A stretch of DNA of 32,000 nt from Synechococcus sp. A15-24 (GCF_014280195.1 NZ_CP047960.1:180001-212000), one strand, 5' to 3'. Shown: positions 1-12,401, counted from the first letter of the stretch. The notes: generated by a model not told the origin, from the sequence alone. Program-made: numbers and translations.

Positions 1-30
1 AGGGTGGAGATCCAGCAGCTCGATGGTCAT
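1..30 (-). CDS. Partial ORF start (only 10 codons visible, MTIELLDLHP). Possibly the partner methyltransferase of egtB (egtD), not verifiable here.
   Basis: The reverse complement of nt 1-30 reads ATGACCATCGAGCTGCTGGATCTCCACCCT. Its ATG (28-30) overlaps the egtB stop (27-29) as ATGA. The product guess rests only on the common egtB-egtD adjacency. Confidence 0.25.
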   Translation of the reverse strand, partial: MTIELLDLHP

Positions 31-1187
31 CGCGCCAGCCGCAGGCCTGCAGCCATCCAACGGCTGGCGGGTGGGAAGAAATTTCTGTAGGTATTCCGGC
101 TGTGGCCGGGGGGCGTCAGCCAGCAACTGCCCCGCAGCACAAACTGAGAACTCATGAACTTGCCGTTGTATTCGCCGATGGCGCCGGGCGGTGTCACAAA
201 CCCGGGGTAGGGGCGATAAGGGCTTGCTGTCCACTGCCACAACACCCCATGGCTGTGCAGCAGGGCTTCGCCGTGGACTGCAGCGGCGTGCTCCCATTCC
301 GCTTCTGTTGGCAGCCGGGCATCACTCCAGCGGGCGAAGGCATCCGCTTCAAACCAGCTCAAGTGCCGCACAGGAGCATCCGGATCCAGCGGCTGGCGGC
401 CGGCCAGGGTGAATTCCTCCTGAACGCCACGCCAGTAGCACGGGCCGGTCCAGCCGTTCTGCTGACAGAGGCTCCAGCCTTCACTCATCCATAAATCCGG
501 GCGTGCGTAGCCACCGTCCGCGATGAAGGCCTGGAAGGCGCGATTGCTCACCAGGTCATTGCGGATCTGGAACCCATCCAGCCACACACGATGACGAGGC
601 CCTTCGTTGTCGAAGTGGAAGCCCGCTCCCCCATGGCCGATCGTTACCAAACCTTCGTCGCAGCGCAGCCATCCATCGGATGTGGTCTGGCTGCTCAGGT
701 CTGCCTCACGCTGATAGCAAGGCTCTAGCGGTTGACGGCTGAAGCCATCCAACAGGTCCATTAACAGCAGCTCCTGATGCTGCTGTTCGTGCTGAAGACC
801 CAACTCCATGAGCTGAAGACAGGTTTCATCGGGTGCTTTGAGCAACTGCTCGAGTCCTTCATTCACCCGGGAGCGCCAGCGCAGGATGTCCGTGATGGTT
901 GGCCGACTCAGCAGTCCCCGCTGGGGTCTGGGGTGTCGATCACCAACGCTGTCGTAATAGGAATTGAATTGATAGGCCCAGCGGGGATCACAGGGCACGT
1001 GCCCCTTGAGATGTGGTTGCAGCAGGAAGGTCTCAAAAAACCAGTTGGTGTGAGCCAGATGCCACTTCGGTGGACTGGCATCCGCCATTCCCTGCAGGCC
1101 CAGATCCTCCGGTTCCAGGGGATCGATCAACGCCTCACTGCGATGACGCACCTCCAGCAGGGTGTTCAGCTGCAAGACCAGGTTCAA
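27..1187 (-). CDS. egtB: Ergothioneine-type sulfoxide synthase (EgtB family: DinB_2 domain plus FGE-sulfatase domain)
   Basis: The 386-aa ORF has ASPPKWHLAHTNWFFETF, NSYYDS, LGLQHEQQHQELLLMDL (DinB-like iron-binding N-domain) and a C-terminal FGE/SUMF1-like region (WQWTASPYRPYPGF, RGSCW). The start is uncertain: codon 1187 is TTG and there is no nearby in-frame ATG. Confidence 0.85.
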   Translation of the reverse strand: MNLVLQLNTLLEVRHRSEALIDPLEPEDLGLQGMADASPPKWHLAHTNWFFETFLLQPHLKGHVPCDPRWAYQFNSYYDSVGDRHPRPQRGLLSRPTITDILRWRSRVNEGLEQLLKAPDETCLQLMELGLQHEQQHQELLLMDLLDGFSRQPLEPCYQREADLSSQTTSDGWLRCDEGLVTIGHGGAGFHFDNEGPRHRVWLDGFQIRNDLVSNRAFQAFIADGGYARPDLWMSEGWSLCQQNGWTGPCYWRGVQEEFTLAGRQPLDPDAPVRHLSWFEADAFARWSDARLPTEAEWEHAAAVHGEALLHSHGVLWQWTASPYRPYPGFVTPPGAIGEYNGKFMSSQFVLRGSCWLTPPGHSRNTYRNFFPPASRWMAAGLRLAR

Positions 1188-1291
1188 CGTTCGCCGCGGA
1201 CCCTAAAGCGAGCTGCCCATCGCCGCAGCGTCCTTACGATTGAGTGAGGAAATTTGCGGGCTCTGAAGCTCGTCCGGTCCGGAGGTCGGAG

Positions 1292-2320
1292 ATGGCCCGT
1301 GTTATCGCCAGCCAACGCGAGCGAGCCGCAGAGGGGCGTGTGTGGCCCGTAGTCGCCGCTCTAGTGATCTCAGCTTTGCTGGGAACGCTGATTGGTTGGT
1401 TGGTCCTCTCCCGTGGATCAAGTTCGGAGGATTCCCCTGCGGCCGACTCCAAGCGCGCGGAACGGGAGCGTGTGGTTAGTCCGCAGCCACCATCTCAACC
1501 TCAAGATTCAGAGTCGCGACAGCAGTTGCTCAACCGCCTGCGGGCGCTGCAGATCAACCGCACCTGGTTCCTCAGTTTGGTGGACAGCAGCTGGCTCAGC
1601 CGTTTCCCCGAGCGGGGAGGGCGGTTGCCTTCCGCTTCGGTGGAGGATGCTCCGTTGAGGCAGGTCTGGGAGGATCTGTCTGAGGAGTGGTTGGCGCGGG
1701 TTGAGCAACTGCCGCCATCGATCCGCGCCCGGCTGGGACAGCTCGACACCCAGGACTGGGACCAGCAGAAGCAGATCCTGATCCAGCAGGACGTTCACCC
1801 TCGGGTGATTCAGGAGCTGGTGACTGCCGCCGCGCGCAACGTTCTCCCTGGCGATGTCAGCGGAAGCCCCGCTGTAGAGCCTTACCGGCAGCTGTGGATC
1901 GCCGCAGCAATGGAGACGCTGCAGGGCATTCGGATCGATACGATCGCCGCGCGATCTGGGGAAGCCACCACCCGCTCGCTCAGGGTGTCGTCGGGCGGAG
2001 CCCGTTTGATCGCGGTGACGGTTCCAGCAGGATCATCGCTGGTGCTGGGGATCAACGGCACGCCGTTGATGGAGATGACAGTGTTTGGTTCGCAAGGCCA
2101 GGTGCTGGCGGCGAGGGGCCCGCTGCGGGTGGTCAGCCTCCCCGCCGAGGCGGGATCACCGGTGCAGGTGTTGGTGGTTAATGACGGCGTTGCTTCCGGA
2201 GTCCTGACCCTGTCCTGCCGCGCCGATGCACCGCCGCAGCCCAAAAAGGTTCAGCAGCCGGCCGCTGGGGAGCTTGCTCCAATCGAGCCGGAGCCGTTGG
2301 ACTTTGACCCGATGGAGTGA
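1292..2320 (+). CDS. Hypothetical membrane-anchored protein (N-terminal TM helix, Pro/Ser/Gln-rich linker, ~250-aa C-terminal domain)
   Basis: The ORF is 1244..2320. The ATG at 1292 is preceded by GGAGGTCGGAG. A TM segment (VWPVVAALVISALLGTLIGWLVL) follows a basic N-terminus. Third-position GC bias looks coding-like. No family recognised. Confidence 0.6.
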   Translation: MARVIASQRERAAEGRVWPVVAALVISALLGTLIGWLVLSRGSSSEDSPAADSKRAERERVVSPQPPSQPQDSESRQQLLNRLRALQINRTWFLSLVDSSWLSRFPERGGRLPSASVEDAPLRQVWEDLSEEWLARVEQLPPSIRARLGQLDTQDWDQQKQILIQQDVHPRVIQELVTAAARNVLPGDVSGSPAVEPYRQLWIAAAMETLQGIRIDTIAARSGEATTRSLRVSSGGARLIAVTVPAGSSLVLGINGTPLMEMTVFGSQGQVLAARGPLRVVSLPAEAGSPVQVLVVNDGVASGVLTLSCRADAPPQPKKVQQPAAGELAPIEPEPLDFDPME

Positions 2321-2321
2321 T

Positions 2322-2822
2322 TCAGAAGCGTGCCATCGCTGCCTTCACCTCTTTCTTGGATTGCTTTTCTTTTTCAGCCGCACGTTTGTCATGCAGTTTG
2401 CGGCCTTTTCCAAGGCCGATGGTGAGCTTGATCCAGGAGCCCTTGAGGTGGATGTTCAGGGGGATCAGGGCGAGGCCTTTCTGATCGAGTTGACCGCGCA
2501 GCTTGTCGATTTCGCGGCGGTGGGCCAACAGCTTGCGGGTGCGCAGGGGGTCGTGGTTGAAGTAGGCACCTGCATGGCTGTGGGGTGAGATGTGCACGTT
2601 GTGCAGCTGCAGTTCACCGTTGCGGATGAGGCAGAAGCCGTCCCGCAGGTTGGCTTTGCCGTTGCGGATCGACTTCACCTCGGTTCCCACCAGTTCGATG
2701 CCGGTTTCGAGGGTTTCCAGGATTTCGTATTGATGTCTGGCCTGACGGTTGTCCGCCAGCATCCGATTGGCGGCGGCACGGGCCGCGGCTGCGGCTGCTT
2801 TTTTTGCTCCCCCCTTGGCCAT
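2322..2822 (-). CDS. smpB: SsrA (tmRNA)-binding protein SmpB
   Basis: The 166-aa ORF has [34 protein letters not shown] and [15 protein letters not shown], the typical SmpB core with a basic C-terminal tail. Confidence 0.95.
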   Translation of the reverse strand: MAKGGAKKAAAAAARAAANRMLADNRQARHQYEILETLETGIELVGTEVKSIRNGKANLRDGFCLIRNGELQLHNVHISPHSHAGAYFNHDPLRTRKLLAHRREIDKLRGQLDQKGLALIPLNIHLKGSWIKLTIGLGKGRKLHDKRAAEKEKQSKKEVKAAMARF

Positions 2823-2872
2823 GGCTGCGGCTGCGTCTCCCGACCCTATCCAGGGCTGGGTACCCTGCAGAA

Positions 2873-3919
2873 ATGGCGATCGTCTCCTCCAACGCCGGCT
2901 CCTCTGCTCCTCGTCGTGAGCCGGTGCTCGATGCGCAGCCGTCGCCGGAAGAAGCGACCGGGCGTCCCGACGATGGATTACGGCCCAAGCGCCTGGACGA
3001 CTACATCGGCCAGGACGAACTGAAGCAGGTGTTGGGCATCGCCGTCCAGGCGGCCATCGGTCGTGGTGAGGCCCTGGACCATGTGTTGCTTTACGGCCCT
3101 CCGGGTCTCGGAAAGACCACCATGGCCCTGGTGCTGGCCGAGGAACTTGGGGTGACCTGCCGCATCACCAGTGCCCCGGCCCTGGAGCGTCCCCGGGACA
3201 TCGTGGGTTTGCTGGTCAACGTGCAGCCACGGGATCTGCTGTTCATCGATGAGATCCATCGCCTCAACAGGGTGGCGGAGGAGCTGCTGTACCCCGCGAT
3301 GGAGGATCGACGGCTGGACCTCACCGTTGGCAAGGGCAGCACAGCGCGAACCCGCTCTCTGGATTTGCCACCCTTCACCCTGGTAGGGGCCACCACCAAG
3401 GCTGGATCGCTCAGTTCACCGCTGCGCGACCGTTTCGGGCTGATCCAGCGGCTTGAGTTTTACGGCCTGGAGGATCTGGAGGCGATCGTGTCTCGAACCG
3501 CTGATCTGCTCGGAGTGTCCCTCTCCGCTGGGGCCTGCCGTCGTATTGCGGGCTGTTGCCGCGGCACGCCGCGGATCGCCAACCGTCTGTTGCGCCGGGT
3601 CCGTGATGTGGCCTGCGTTCAGGGGCGGCAGAACCAGATTGATGAAGGTCTGGTGAGCCAGGCCCTGAGCCTGCATCGGGTCGACCATCGTGGCCTGGAT
3701 GCAGGTGATCGACGTCTACTGGCGCAACTAGATCAGCACCATGACGGTGGACCTGTAGGCCTTGAAACCCTCGCTGCGGCCCTCGGGGAAGATCCCACCA
3801 CGCTGGAATCGGTGGTGGAACCCTTTCTGCTCCAGCAAGGGCTACTGGTACGCACACCGCGAGGCCGGATGCTCACCGAAGCCGCCCGCGCGCATCTCCG
3901 CGAGCAGGAGGCGGCATGA
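2873..3919 (+). CDS. ruvB: Holliday junction branch-migration helicase RuvB
   Basis: Walker A is [12 protein letters not shown] and Walker B is [32 protein letters not shown] and [15 protein letters not shown] are also present. The first plausible start is the ATG at 2873 (MAIVSSN); the upstream part of ORF 2804.. overlaps the smpB start. Confidence 0.95.
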   Translation: MAIVSSNAGSSAPRREPVLDAQPSPEEATGRPDDGLRPKRLDDYIGQDELKQVLGIAVQAAIGRGEALDHVLLYGPPGLGKTTMALVLAEELGVTCRITSAPALERPRDIVGLLVNVQPRDLLFIDEIHRLNRVAEELLYPAMEDRRLDLTVGKGSTARTRSLDLPPFTLVGATTKAGSLSSPLRDRFGLIQRLEFYGLEDLEAIVSRTADLLGVSLSAGACRRIAGCCRGTPRIANRLLRRVRDVACVQGRQNQIDEGLVSQALSLHRVDHRGLDAGDRRLLAQLDQHHDGGPVGLETLAAALGEDPTTLESVVEPFLLQQGLLVRTPRGRMLTEAARAHLREQEAA

Positions 3920-4689
3920 CGCGCTGGTGTGCTGCGCTGTTGGCTGTTCTGCTGTGGCTCCTGCCTCAGAGCGTTGTAGCTGAGGATTTGGAAACGCTCT
4001 ACGGCCGGGCTCTCCAGGCCAGTCAGAGCGGAGACTTTGTGGGGGCTTTGCCGCTCTGGGATCAGGTGCTAGAGCTATCCCCAAACGATGCCGCTGCCCT
4101 GAGCAACCGTGGCAATGTCCGTTTGGCCCTTGGAGATCCTGATGGGGCGATCGTCGATCAGACCCGTTCGATCGAGCTGGCTCCAGAGGAACTGGATCCG
4201 CACTTAAATCGGGGTACGGCTGAGGAGGCCCTTCAGGACTGGGCTGCCGCTGAAGCGGATTACCTCTGGATCCTGAAGCGGGACGCCACAGATGCCTCAG
4301 CGCTTTACAACCTTGGCAATGTGCGGGGTTCCACCGGGGATTGGGACAGCGCCAGACGCCTCTACCAGCAGGCAGCTGATGCCCGGCCCGGTTTCGCCAT
4401 GGCCCGCTCCAGTGCCGCCCTGGCGGCATGGCAGCAGCAGGATCTGGTTTGGGCCGAGGCTGAACTGCGCAAGCTGATCCGCCGTTATCCCCTCTTTGCT
4501 GATGCTCGGGCCGCCCTCAGTGGCCTGCTCTGGCAAGGGGGGTCTTCCGGTGAAGCCGAAAGCCATTGGGCCGCGGCGGCTGGCCTCGACACCCGTTATC
4601 GCCAGAAGGAGTGGCTGCTTGATGTGCGGCGTTGGCCGCCGCAACCCGCCAAGCAGCTGATGGCCTTTCTGGCTTTGGAGGAGCGATGA
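3916..4689 (+). CDS. Exported TPR-repeat protein
   Basis: There is a signal-peptide-like N-terminus ([24 protein letters not shown]) followed by repeated TPR-like A/L/Y/G/N patterns ([28 protein letters not shown]). The ATG overlaps the ruvB stop (ATGA). Confidence 0.8.
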   Translation: MTRWCAALLAVLLWLLPQSVVAEDLETLYGRALQASQSGDFVGALPLWDQVLELSPNDAAALSNRGNVRLALGDPDGAIVDQTRSIELAPEELDPHLNRGTAEEALQDWAAAEADYLWILKRDATDASALYNLGNVRGSTGDWDSARRLYQQAADARPGFAMARSSAALAAWQQQDLVWAEAELRKLIRRYPLFADARAALSGLLWQGGSSGEAESHWAAAAGLDTRYRQKEWLLDVRRWPPQPAKQLMAFLALEER

Positions 4690-5870
4690 CGGTGCTGGAT
4701 CAGGAGCTGTTGAACGGCCTGGATCAGGCCCTGCCCGAGCTGATCGAGCTGCGGAGACATCTGCATGCCCACCCTGAGCTCAGCGGCGAGGAGCATCAGA
4801 CGGCAGCACTGGTGGCTGGAGAATTGCGGGCCTGCGGCTGGCGCGTTCAGGAGGGCGTCGGACGTACGGGGGTTGTGGCAGAAACGGGGCCGCTGGATGG
4901 ACCCACGGTTGGCCTGCGGGTTGATATGGATGCCCTGCCTGTGGAGGAGCGCACCGGGCTCTCCTTTGCCTCCACGCGTCAGGGGGTGATGCACGCCTGC
5001 GGCCATGACCTGCACACCTGTATCGGACTCGGTGTGGCCCGGTTGCTGGGGGCCAGGGAGGAGTTGCCCTTTCGCGTTCGTTTGTTGTTTCAACCTGCGG
5101 AGGAGCTGGCGCAGGGGGCGGTGTGGATGCGGGATGCCGGCGCCACCGACGGGCTGAACGCCCTTTTTGGCGTGCATGTGGTGCCGAATCTGCCGGGGGG
5201 CAGCGTGGGTATCCGCCGCGGGTGCCTCACCGCAGCAGCGGGAGAACTGGAGATCCAGATCCAAGGGGAAGGCGGGCATGGTGCCCGTCCTCATCAGGCG
5301 GTGGATGCCATCTGGCTCGCCGCTCGGGTGGTGACCGAACTGCAGCAAGCCATCAGTCGCCGTCTTGATGCCCTGCAGCCTGTGGTGATCAGCTTCGGAC
5401 GGGTGGAAGGTGGCCGTGCTTTCAATGTGATCGCCGATCGTGTGCGACTGCTGGGCACAGTGCGATGCCTCGATCTGGAGCTGCATGGGCGCCTGCCGGC
5501 CTGGATCGACGACACCGTGCAGGCGATCTGCCGCAGTGGTGGTGGCGAGGCGGAGGTGAGCTACCGCTGCATTGCTCCGCCGGTGCACAACGACCCTGGC
5601 CTGACTGATCTGATGGAACGTCGTGCTGTGCAGCTGCTGGGGCGTGATCAGGTTTTGCCGGTTGATCTGCCGTCGCTGGGAGCAGAAGACTTCGCCGAGC
5701 TGTTGCGGGATGTGCCCGGCACCATGCTCCGGCTTGGGGTGGCTGGGCCGGATGGCTGTGCGCCGCTGCATCACGGCCGGTTTCAGCTGGATGAGCGGGC
5801 CTTGGGGGTCGGCATTCAGGTGCTCACTGCCACCCTTTTGGAATGGATGGAGGTGCAGTCGCCCTTATGA
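4686..5870 (+). CDS. M20/M20D-family amidohydrolase (N-acyl-amino acid / hippurate hydrolase-like)
   Basis: RRHLHAHPELSGEEHQTA, MHACGHDLH, FQPAEE and GEGGHGARPH are typical of peptidase M20D. The ATG at 4686 overlaps the TPR gene stop (ATGA). Confidence 0.85.
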   Translation: MTVLDQELLNGLDQALPELIELRRHLHAHPELSGEEHQTAALVAGELRACGWRVQEGVGRTGVVAETGPLDGPTVGLRVDMDALPVEERTGLSFASTRQGVMHACGHDLHTCIGLGVARLLGAREELPFRVRLLFQPAEELAQGAVWMRDAGATDGLNALFGVHVVPNLPGGSVGIRRGCLTAAAGELEIQIQGEGGHGARPHQAVDAIWLAARVVTELQQAISRRLDALQPVVISFGRVEGGRAFNVIADRVRLLGTVRCLDLELHGRLPAWIDDTVQAICRSGGGEAEVSYRCIAPPVHNDPGLTDLMERRAVQLLGRDQVLPVDLPSLGAEDFAELLRDVPGTMLRLGVAGPDGCAPLHHGRFQLDERALGVGIQVLTATLLEWMEVQSPL

Positions 5871-6085
5871 CTCGCTTGTCGTTCAGCTTTGTGTCTCTCG
5901 GTGCGCCGTTGCTGCTGATGCTGGCTTTAGTCGCTGTGCATCAACGCCAGGGCAGGGATCGGATTCAGGCTTTGCCGGCGGCGCTGGTGGGAACCGGCCT
6001 GATAATCGGCAGCGCAGTGGGCCGTCGCCGACACCGCGCCCGGATCCTGAGTGCGTTGCGCAGCAGTCGGCACTCTTCTCCGTGA
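5867..6085 (+). CDS. Small hypothetical membrane protein (72 aa, two hydrophobic segments, Arg-rich tail)
   Basis: The ATG at 5867 overlaps the amidohydrolase stop (ATGA). It has two hydrophobic stretches (SLGAPLLLMLALVAV and ALVGTGLIIGSAV). No homology recognised. Confidence 0.45.
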   Translation: MTRLSFSFVSLGAPLLLMLALVAVHQRQGRDRIQALPAALVGTGLIIGSAVGRRRHRARILSALRSSRHSSP

Positions 6086-6095
6086 GACTGATGGC

Positions 6096-6713
6096 ATGAC
6101 CGAGTCTTCCGACACCCCCGTTCCAGATCTCGCCTTGTTGCAGGAGGCCATTGCCAGCGGCGATCCGGTGCGCGCCATGCCGGCTCTGACCCAGCTCCGG
6201 TTTGTCTCCGACGCTGATGCGGTGCCGCTGCTGGTGTTGGGCACCGAGCAAAAGCCGTTCTTGGTGCGGTCGTTGAGCTGCAGTGGACTGGGCTACAAGC
6301 GCACCGAGCAGGGCTGGGAGGTGTTGAGTCGCTTGTTGGTGAACGATGAGGACCCGAATGTGCGGGCGGAAGCGGCCAATGCCCTAGCGAGCTATGGTGT
6401 GGAACAGGCCTGGCCGCTACTGCAACACGCTTTTGCCGCCGATGACGCCTGGCTGGTGCGTTGCAGCATTCTTTCGGCTCTGGCCGAGCAGCCGGAGATC
6501 AATCTCTCCTGGTTGATGGAACTGGCCACGATGGCGATCACCGATGCCGACGGGACGGTGCGGGTGAGCGGGGCCGAAATTCTTGGGCGTCTGGTGCGGG
6601 ATGGAGCAGGTCAGGCCATTGGTGATCAGGCCAGAGCGCTGTTGCAGCCTCTTCAGCAGGACAGTGATCACCGTGTGGTGGCAGCTGCTCTAAATGGTCT
6701 GCAATCGAGCTGA
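6096..6713 (+). CDS. HEAT-repeat protein (PBS-lyase HEAT-like repeats)
   Basis: The motifs D.NVRAEAANALASYG, WLVRCSILSALAE, DGTVRVSGAEILGRL and DHRVVAAALNGL recur at about 30-aa spacing. The start is taken at the ATG at 6096 (MTESSD). Confidence 0.75.
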   Translation: MTESSDTPVPDLALLQEAIASGDPVRAMPALTQLRFVSDADAVPLLVLGTEQKPFLVRSLSCSGLGYKRTEQGWEVLSRLLVNDEDPNVRAEAANALASYGVEQAWPLLQHAFAADDAWLVRCSILSALAEQPEINLSWLMELATMAITDADGTVRVSGAEILGRLVRDGAGQAIGDQARALLQPLQQDSDHRVVAAALNGLQSS

Positions 6714-6747
6714 CCTGGAAAGCCAGGGATGCTTGCTAGCTTTCAAA

Positions 6748-8297
<1,550 letters not shown>

Positions 8298-8350
8298 CGC
8301 GGCCACTCCAAATTGGCTCGCATGCCCGGCTTCTGATTCAGGAGCCGATT

Positions 8351-8400
8351 TTTTGTTGAACAAAAAAAGACCCCCTGCCGCGGCAAGGGGTCTGAATTTT
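8351..8400. terminator. Bidirectional intrinsic terminator between convergent thiC and tkt
   Basis: A GC-rich hairpin AGACCCCCTGCC-GC-GGCAAGGGGTCT (8368-8393) is flanked by an A7 run on the left (a U7 tract for minus-strand tkt) and GAATTTT on the right (a weaker tract for thiC). An adjacent A/T hairpin TTTTTTG-TTGAA-CAAAAAA is also present. Confidence 0.7.
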
Positions 8401-8418
8401 CGATTGGGCCGTCGTTGA

Positions 8419-10428
8419 TCAGGCCAACAGGGCGCTGGCCTTGGCCACCACGTTCTCAACGGTGAAACCGAACTCCTTCAGGCAGGTGCCACCAGGCGCA
8501 GAAGCACCAAAGCGGTTCATGGTCACGCTGTCACCGTCTAGGCCGATGAAGCGGTGCCAGCCGAAGGATTCAGCGGCTTCCACCACCATGCGCTTGCGCA
8601 CGGCGTTGGGGAGAACCTCTTCCTTGTAGGCATCGCTCTGCTCATCGAACAGCTCGACGCAAGGCATGGAGACCACGCGCACCTTCTTGCCGGCTTCCGT
8701 CAGTTGCTTGGCAGCCTGGACGCAGAGGTCGAGCTCAGTGCCGGTGCCGATCAGGATCAGCTCCGGGGTGCCGTCGCAATCGTCCAGCACGTAACCACCT
8801 TTGGCGACCTTGTCGATGGAGGAGTTGGCCTGGTTGGCCATGCCCTGGCGGCTGAGGCAGAGAGCGCTGGGGCGCTTGCGGTTTTGAATCGCCAGCTTGT
8901 AGGCACCGCTGGTTTCGTTGGCATCACCGGGGCGGAACACCAGCATCCCGGGCATGGCGCGCAGGGAGGGGATGGTCTCGATCGGCTGGTGGGTGGGGCC
9001 GTCTTCTCCGACGCCGATGGAGTCGTGGGTGAGCACGTAGATCACACCCAGCTCACTCAGGGCCGATAGGCGCATGGAGCCGCGCATGTAATCGGCGAAC
9101 ACCAAGAAGGTGCCGCCGTAAGGGATCAGGCCGCTGTCGTGATACGCGATGCCGTTGAGGATGGCCGCCATGGCGTGTTCACGCACACCGAAGTGCAGGT
9201 AGCGCTTCTCAGGGGTTTCAGGCTGGTAAGAGCCGGTCTCACCCTTGATGTCGGTGTAATTGGAGTGGGTGAGGTCAGCCGAGCCGCCGATCAGTTCGGG
9301 CAGGTTGGGGCCGAGGGCACCCAGGCAGATCTGGGAGTGCTTGCGGGTGGCCAGACCCTTCTCGTCAGGGCCAGCGGTGGGCAGATCCTTGTCCCATCCC
9401 TCGGGCAGTTCACCGCGGAGCATCCGTTCGAACTCAGCGGCTTCAGCAGGGAATTGGGTGCGGTACGTGGCCAGAGTCTGGTTCCACTCGGCTTCGAGGC
9501 TGGCGCCGCGATCGATGGCCTGGCGGAACTGGTCATAGGCCTCCTGGGGCACTTCGAAGGGGCCATACTCCCATCCCAGCTGCTGACGGGTCAGAACGGT
9601 CTCGTCTTCACCCAGGGGTGCACCGTGGACACCGGCGGTGTCGCCCTTGTTGGGGGAGCCGTAGCCGATGGTGGTGGTCACCTTGATGATCGACGGCTTG
9701 TCGGTGACGGCCTTGGCGGCTTCGATCGCCTTGGCGATGGCGTCCACGTCGGTGTTGCCATCAGCCACGTGCTGCACATGCCAGCCGTAGGCCTCGTAGC
9801 GCTTGAGCACGTCCTCGGTGAAGGACACGTCCGTGCGGCCGTCGATGGTGATGTGGTTGTCGTCGTAGAGGGCGATCAGCTTGCCCAGCTTCAGGTGGCC
9901 GGCCAGGGAGCAGGCTTCCGAAGCAATGCCCTCCTGGTTGCAGCCATCACCCATCACCACGTAGGTGTAGTGATCCACGAGGGTGGCGCCGGGCTTGTTG
10001 AACTTGGCGGCCAGGTGGGATTCAGCGATCGCCAGGCCGACGGCGTTGGAGATGCCGGCGCCCAGGGGGCCGGTGGTCACTTCAACACCGGGGGTTTCAA
10101 AGGTTTCGGGGTGGCCGGGCGTCTTGGAGCCCCACTGGCGGAACTGCTTGATGTCGTCGATCGACACCGAGTCGTAGCCGGTGAGGTGCAGCAGCGCGTA
10201 CTGCAGCATGCAGCCGTGACCAGCCGACAGCACAAAGCGGTCGCGGTTGAACCACTTGGGGTTCTTGGGGTTGTGCTTGAGGAATTTGTCCCAAAGCGCG
10301 TAACCCATGGGTGCGCAGCCCATCGGCAGGCCGGGGTGGCCGCTCTTGGACTTGTTGATGGCATCGACGGCCAGCATCCGGATGCTGTTGATGCAGAGCG
10401 TGTCGAGAGACGCGGGCGCAGCGACCAT
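8419..10428 (-). CDS. tkt: Transketolase
   Basis: [42 protein letters not shown] and [16 protein letters not shown] are present. The start is taken at MVAAPASLD (10428), giving 669 aa. The 19-aa upstream extension in the ORF track is unsupported. Confidence 0.95.
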   Translation of the reverse strand: MVAAPASLDTLCINSIRMLAVDAINKSKSGHPGLPMGCAPMGYALWDKFLKHNPKNPKWFNRDRFVLSAGHGCMLQYALLHLTGYDSVSIDDIKQFRQWGSKTPGHPETFETPGVEVTTGPLGAGISNAVGLAIAESHLAAKFNKPGATLVDHYTYVVMGDGCNQEGIASEACSLAGHLKLGKLIALYDDNHITIDGRTDVSFTEDVLKRYEAYGWHVQHVADGNTDVDAIAKAIEAAKAVTDKPSIIKVTTTIGYGSPNKGDTAGVHGAPLGEDETVLTRQQLGWEYGPFEVPQEAYDQFRQAIDRGASLEAEWNQTLATYRTQFPAEAAEFERMLRGELPEGWDKDLPTAGPDEKGLATRKHSQICLGALGPNLPELIGGSADLTHSNYTDIKGETGSYQPETPEKRYLHFGVREHAMAAILNGIAYHDSGLIPYGGTFLVFADYMRGSMRLSALSELGVIYVLTHDSIGVGEDGPTHQPIETIPSLRAMPGMLVFRPGDANETSGAYKLAIQNRKRPSALCLSRQGMANQANSSIDKVAKGGYVLDDCDGTPELILIGTGTELDLCVQAAKQLTEAGKKVRVVSMPCVELFDEQSDAYKEEVLPNAVRKRMVVEAAESFGWHRFIGLDGDSVTMNRFGASAPGGTCLKEFGFTVENVVAKASALLA

Positions 10429-10481
10429 GGTGTTAAGGAGAAAAGTTGGGGCGATTGTGACGCACGATGAGAGCCTGAGGC

Positions 10482-11729
10482 TCAACTGGCGCGTTTGAAA
10501 GCCAGGCAGACGTTGTGGCCGCCGAAGCCGAAGGAGTTGGACAACACCGCTCCCAGTGTCTGATCCCGCGCCTGATTGGGCACGACATCCAGATCACAGT
10601 CAGGATCCGGGTTGGTGTGGTTAATGGTCGGGGGAACGACCCCATGCTGGAGGGCCAGCACGCAGGCCACCGCTTCGATGCCGCCGGATCCACCCAGCAG
10701 GTGGCCGGTCATCGATTTGGTGGAGCTCACTGGAATCTGCAGCGCACGATCCCCCAAAGCACTCTTGATGGCCGAGGTCTCGTTCTTGTCGTTGGCAGGG
10801 GTGCTGGTGCCGTGGGCGTTCACATAATCGATCTCAGATGGATCGATGCCGCCATCAGCCAGGGCCAGTCGCATTGCTTCAGCGCCGCCGACACCGCCCG
10901 GTGTGGGTGAAGTGATGTGGTGGGCATCGCAGGTCATGCCGTAGCCCACCACTTCTCCGAGGATCGTGGCGCCACGCGCTTGCGCGTGCTCCAGCGTTTC
11001 GAGCACGAGCACGCCGGCCCCTTCGCCGATCACGAACCCGTCGCGTTCCTTGTCGAACGGGCGACTGGCGGTGGCGGGTTCGTCGTTGCGGAAGGACAGG
11101 GCCTTGGCGCTGGCGAACCCGGCAACACCCAGAGGGGTGATCGCCGATTCAGCACCACCACACACCATCGCGTCAGCTTTGCCCAGCTGCAGCAGCCGGA
11201 AGGCATCACCGATGGCGTTGGAGCCAGCCGCACAGGCGGTGGCCACAGCGGAACTCGGCCCCCTGGTGCCAAGGGCAATGGCGGCCAGACCGGTCGCCAT
11301 GTTGGGAATCATCATCGGCACGGTGAAGGGGCTCACCCGTCCCGGACCTTTGCCTTCCAGCACGTGGGCCTGGGTCTCCATGGTGAGCAGACCGCCCACG
11401 CCGGAACCGATGATCGTGCCGATGCGATTGGCATTGGCATCGGAAATCGTGAGGCCGGCATCAGCGATGGCCTGTTTGGCGGCCACGACACCGAACTTGC
11501 AGAAGCGATCCCAGCGCTTGGCTTCCTTCGGTTCGATCAACCCAGCGGGATCGAAGTCCTTCACTTCCGCAGCGAAGCGACAAGCGTGGTCAGACGCATC
11601 AAACAGAGTGATTGCACCGACCCCGTTCCGTCCGGAAATCAGGCCGTTCCAGTAGCCCTGAACCGTGTTGCCGATCGGTGTGACCGCGCCGAGGCCCGTG
11701 ACGACGACGCGATGGAGACCGTCCACCAT
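10482..11729 (-). CDS. fabF: 3-oxoacyl-[ACP] synthase II
   Basis: [15 protein letters not shown] is present, along with the active-site context [14 protein letters not shown], then [14 protein letters not shown] and NSFGFGGHN. Confidence 0.95.
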   Translation of the reverse strand: MVDGLHRVVVTGLGAVTPIGNTVQGYWNGLISGRNGVGAITLFDASDHACRFAAEVKDFDPAGLIEPKEAKRWDRFCKFGVVAAKQAIADAGLTISDANANRIGTIIGSGVGGLLTMETQAHVLEGKGPGRVSPFTVPMMIPNMATGLAAIALGTRGPSSAVATACAAGSNAIGDAFRLLQLGKADAMVCGGAESAITPLGVAGFASAKALSFRNDEPATASRPFDKERDGFVIGEGAGVLVLETLEHAQARGATILGEVVGYGMTCDAHHITSPTPGGVGGAEAMRLALADGGIDPSEIDYVNAHGTSTPANDKNETSAIKSALGDRALQIPVSSTKSMTGHLLGGSGGIEAVACVLALQHGVVPPTINHTNPDPDCDLDVVPNQARDQTLGAVLSNSFGFGGHNVCLAFKRAS

Positions 11730-11737
11730 GTCGTTGC

Positions 11738-11980
11738 TCAGGCCTGCTTGTCTTCGATGTATTTGACGGCGTCTCCCACGGTGGTGATGCCCTCGGCGGC
11801 TTCGTCAGGGATTTCGATGTCGAAGGCCTCTTCAAGGGCCATCACCAGTTCCACCGTGTCTAGGGAATCAGCGCCCAGGTCGTTCTGGAAGTTGGATTCG
11901 GGTTTCACCTCACCGGCATCGACGCTGAGTTGCTCCGCGACGATGGAACGGACTTTCTCGAGGATCGCTTCCTGTGACAT
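11738..11980 (-). CDS. acpP: Acyl carrier protein
   Basis: The 80-aa product starts at [10 protein letters not shown] and has the phosphopantetheine site [17 protein letters not shown]. It sits 8 nt upstream of fabF. Confidence 0.95.
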   Translation of the reverse strand: MSQEAILEKVRSIVAEQLSVDAGEVKPESNFQNDLGADSLDTVELVMALEEAFDIEIPDEAAEGITTVGDAVKYIEDKQA

Positions 11981-12062
11981 GGCCGTGGCAACGGGACGCT
12001 GCATCTTACGGGGAGGCCCTCTTCTAACTTCTCGGACTTGGGCAGCTCATTAACAACGGTGA

Positions 12063-12374
<312 letters not shown>

Positions 12375-12401
12375 CGTCAGCGTGATCACGCCATAAGCTC
12401 G

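Noticed and set aside
4596-5774. A 392-aa minus-strand ORF covering the whole M20 amidohydrolase gene.
   Set aside because: It is antisense to a gene with clear family motifs. The translation is rich in Arg, Pro, Gly, His and Gln with no recognisable motif. This is a typical stop-poor shadow frame in ~60% GC DNA.
9139-10470. A 443-aa plus-strand ORF, together with 8554..9069, opposite transketolase.
   Set aside because: These are shadow ORFs antisense to a very well-supported tkt gene. The composition is low-complexity and rich in Gly, Ala, Val and Asp, with no motifs.
10429-10485. A 19-codon N-terminal extension of tkt. Similar ORF-track extensions exist for ruvB, acpP, psaC, glmS, rimM and the HEAT protein.
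   Set aside because: The extensions overlap neighbouring genes or terminators and precede the conserved family N-termini, for example MCGIV for glmS and MSHAVKIYD for psaC.
10917-12053. A 378-aa plus-strand ORF opposite fabF and acpP.
   Set aside because: It is antisense to two unambiguous fatty-acid synthesis genes and crosses their intergenic gap, so it is a shadow frame.
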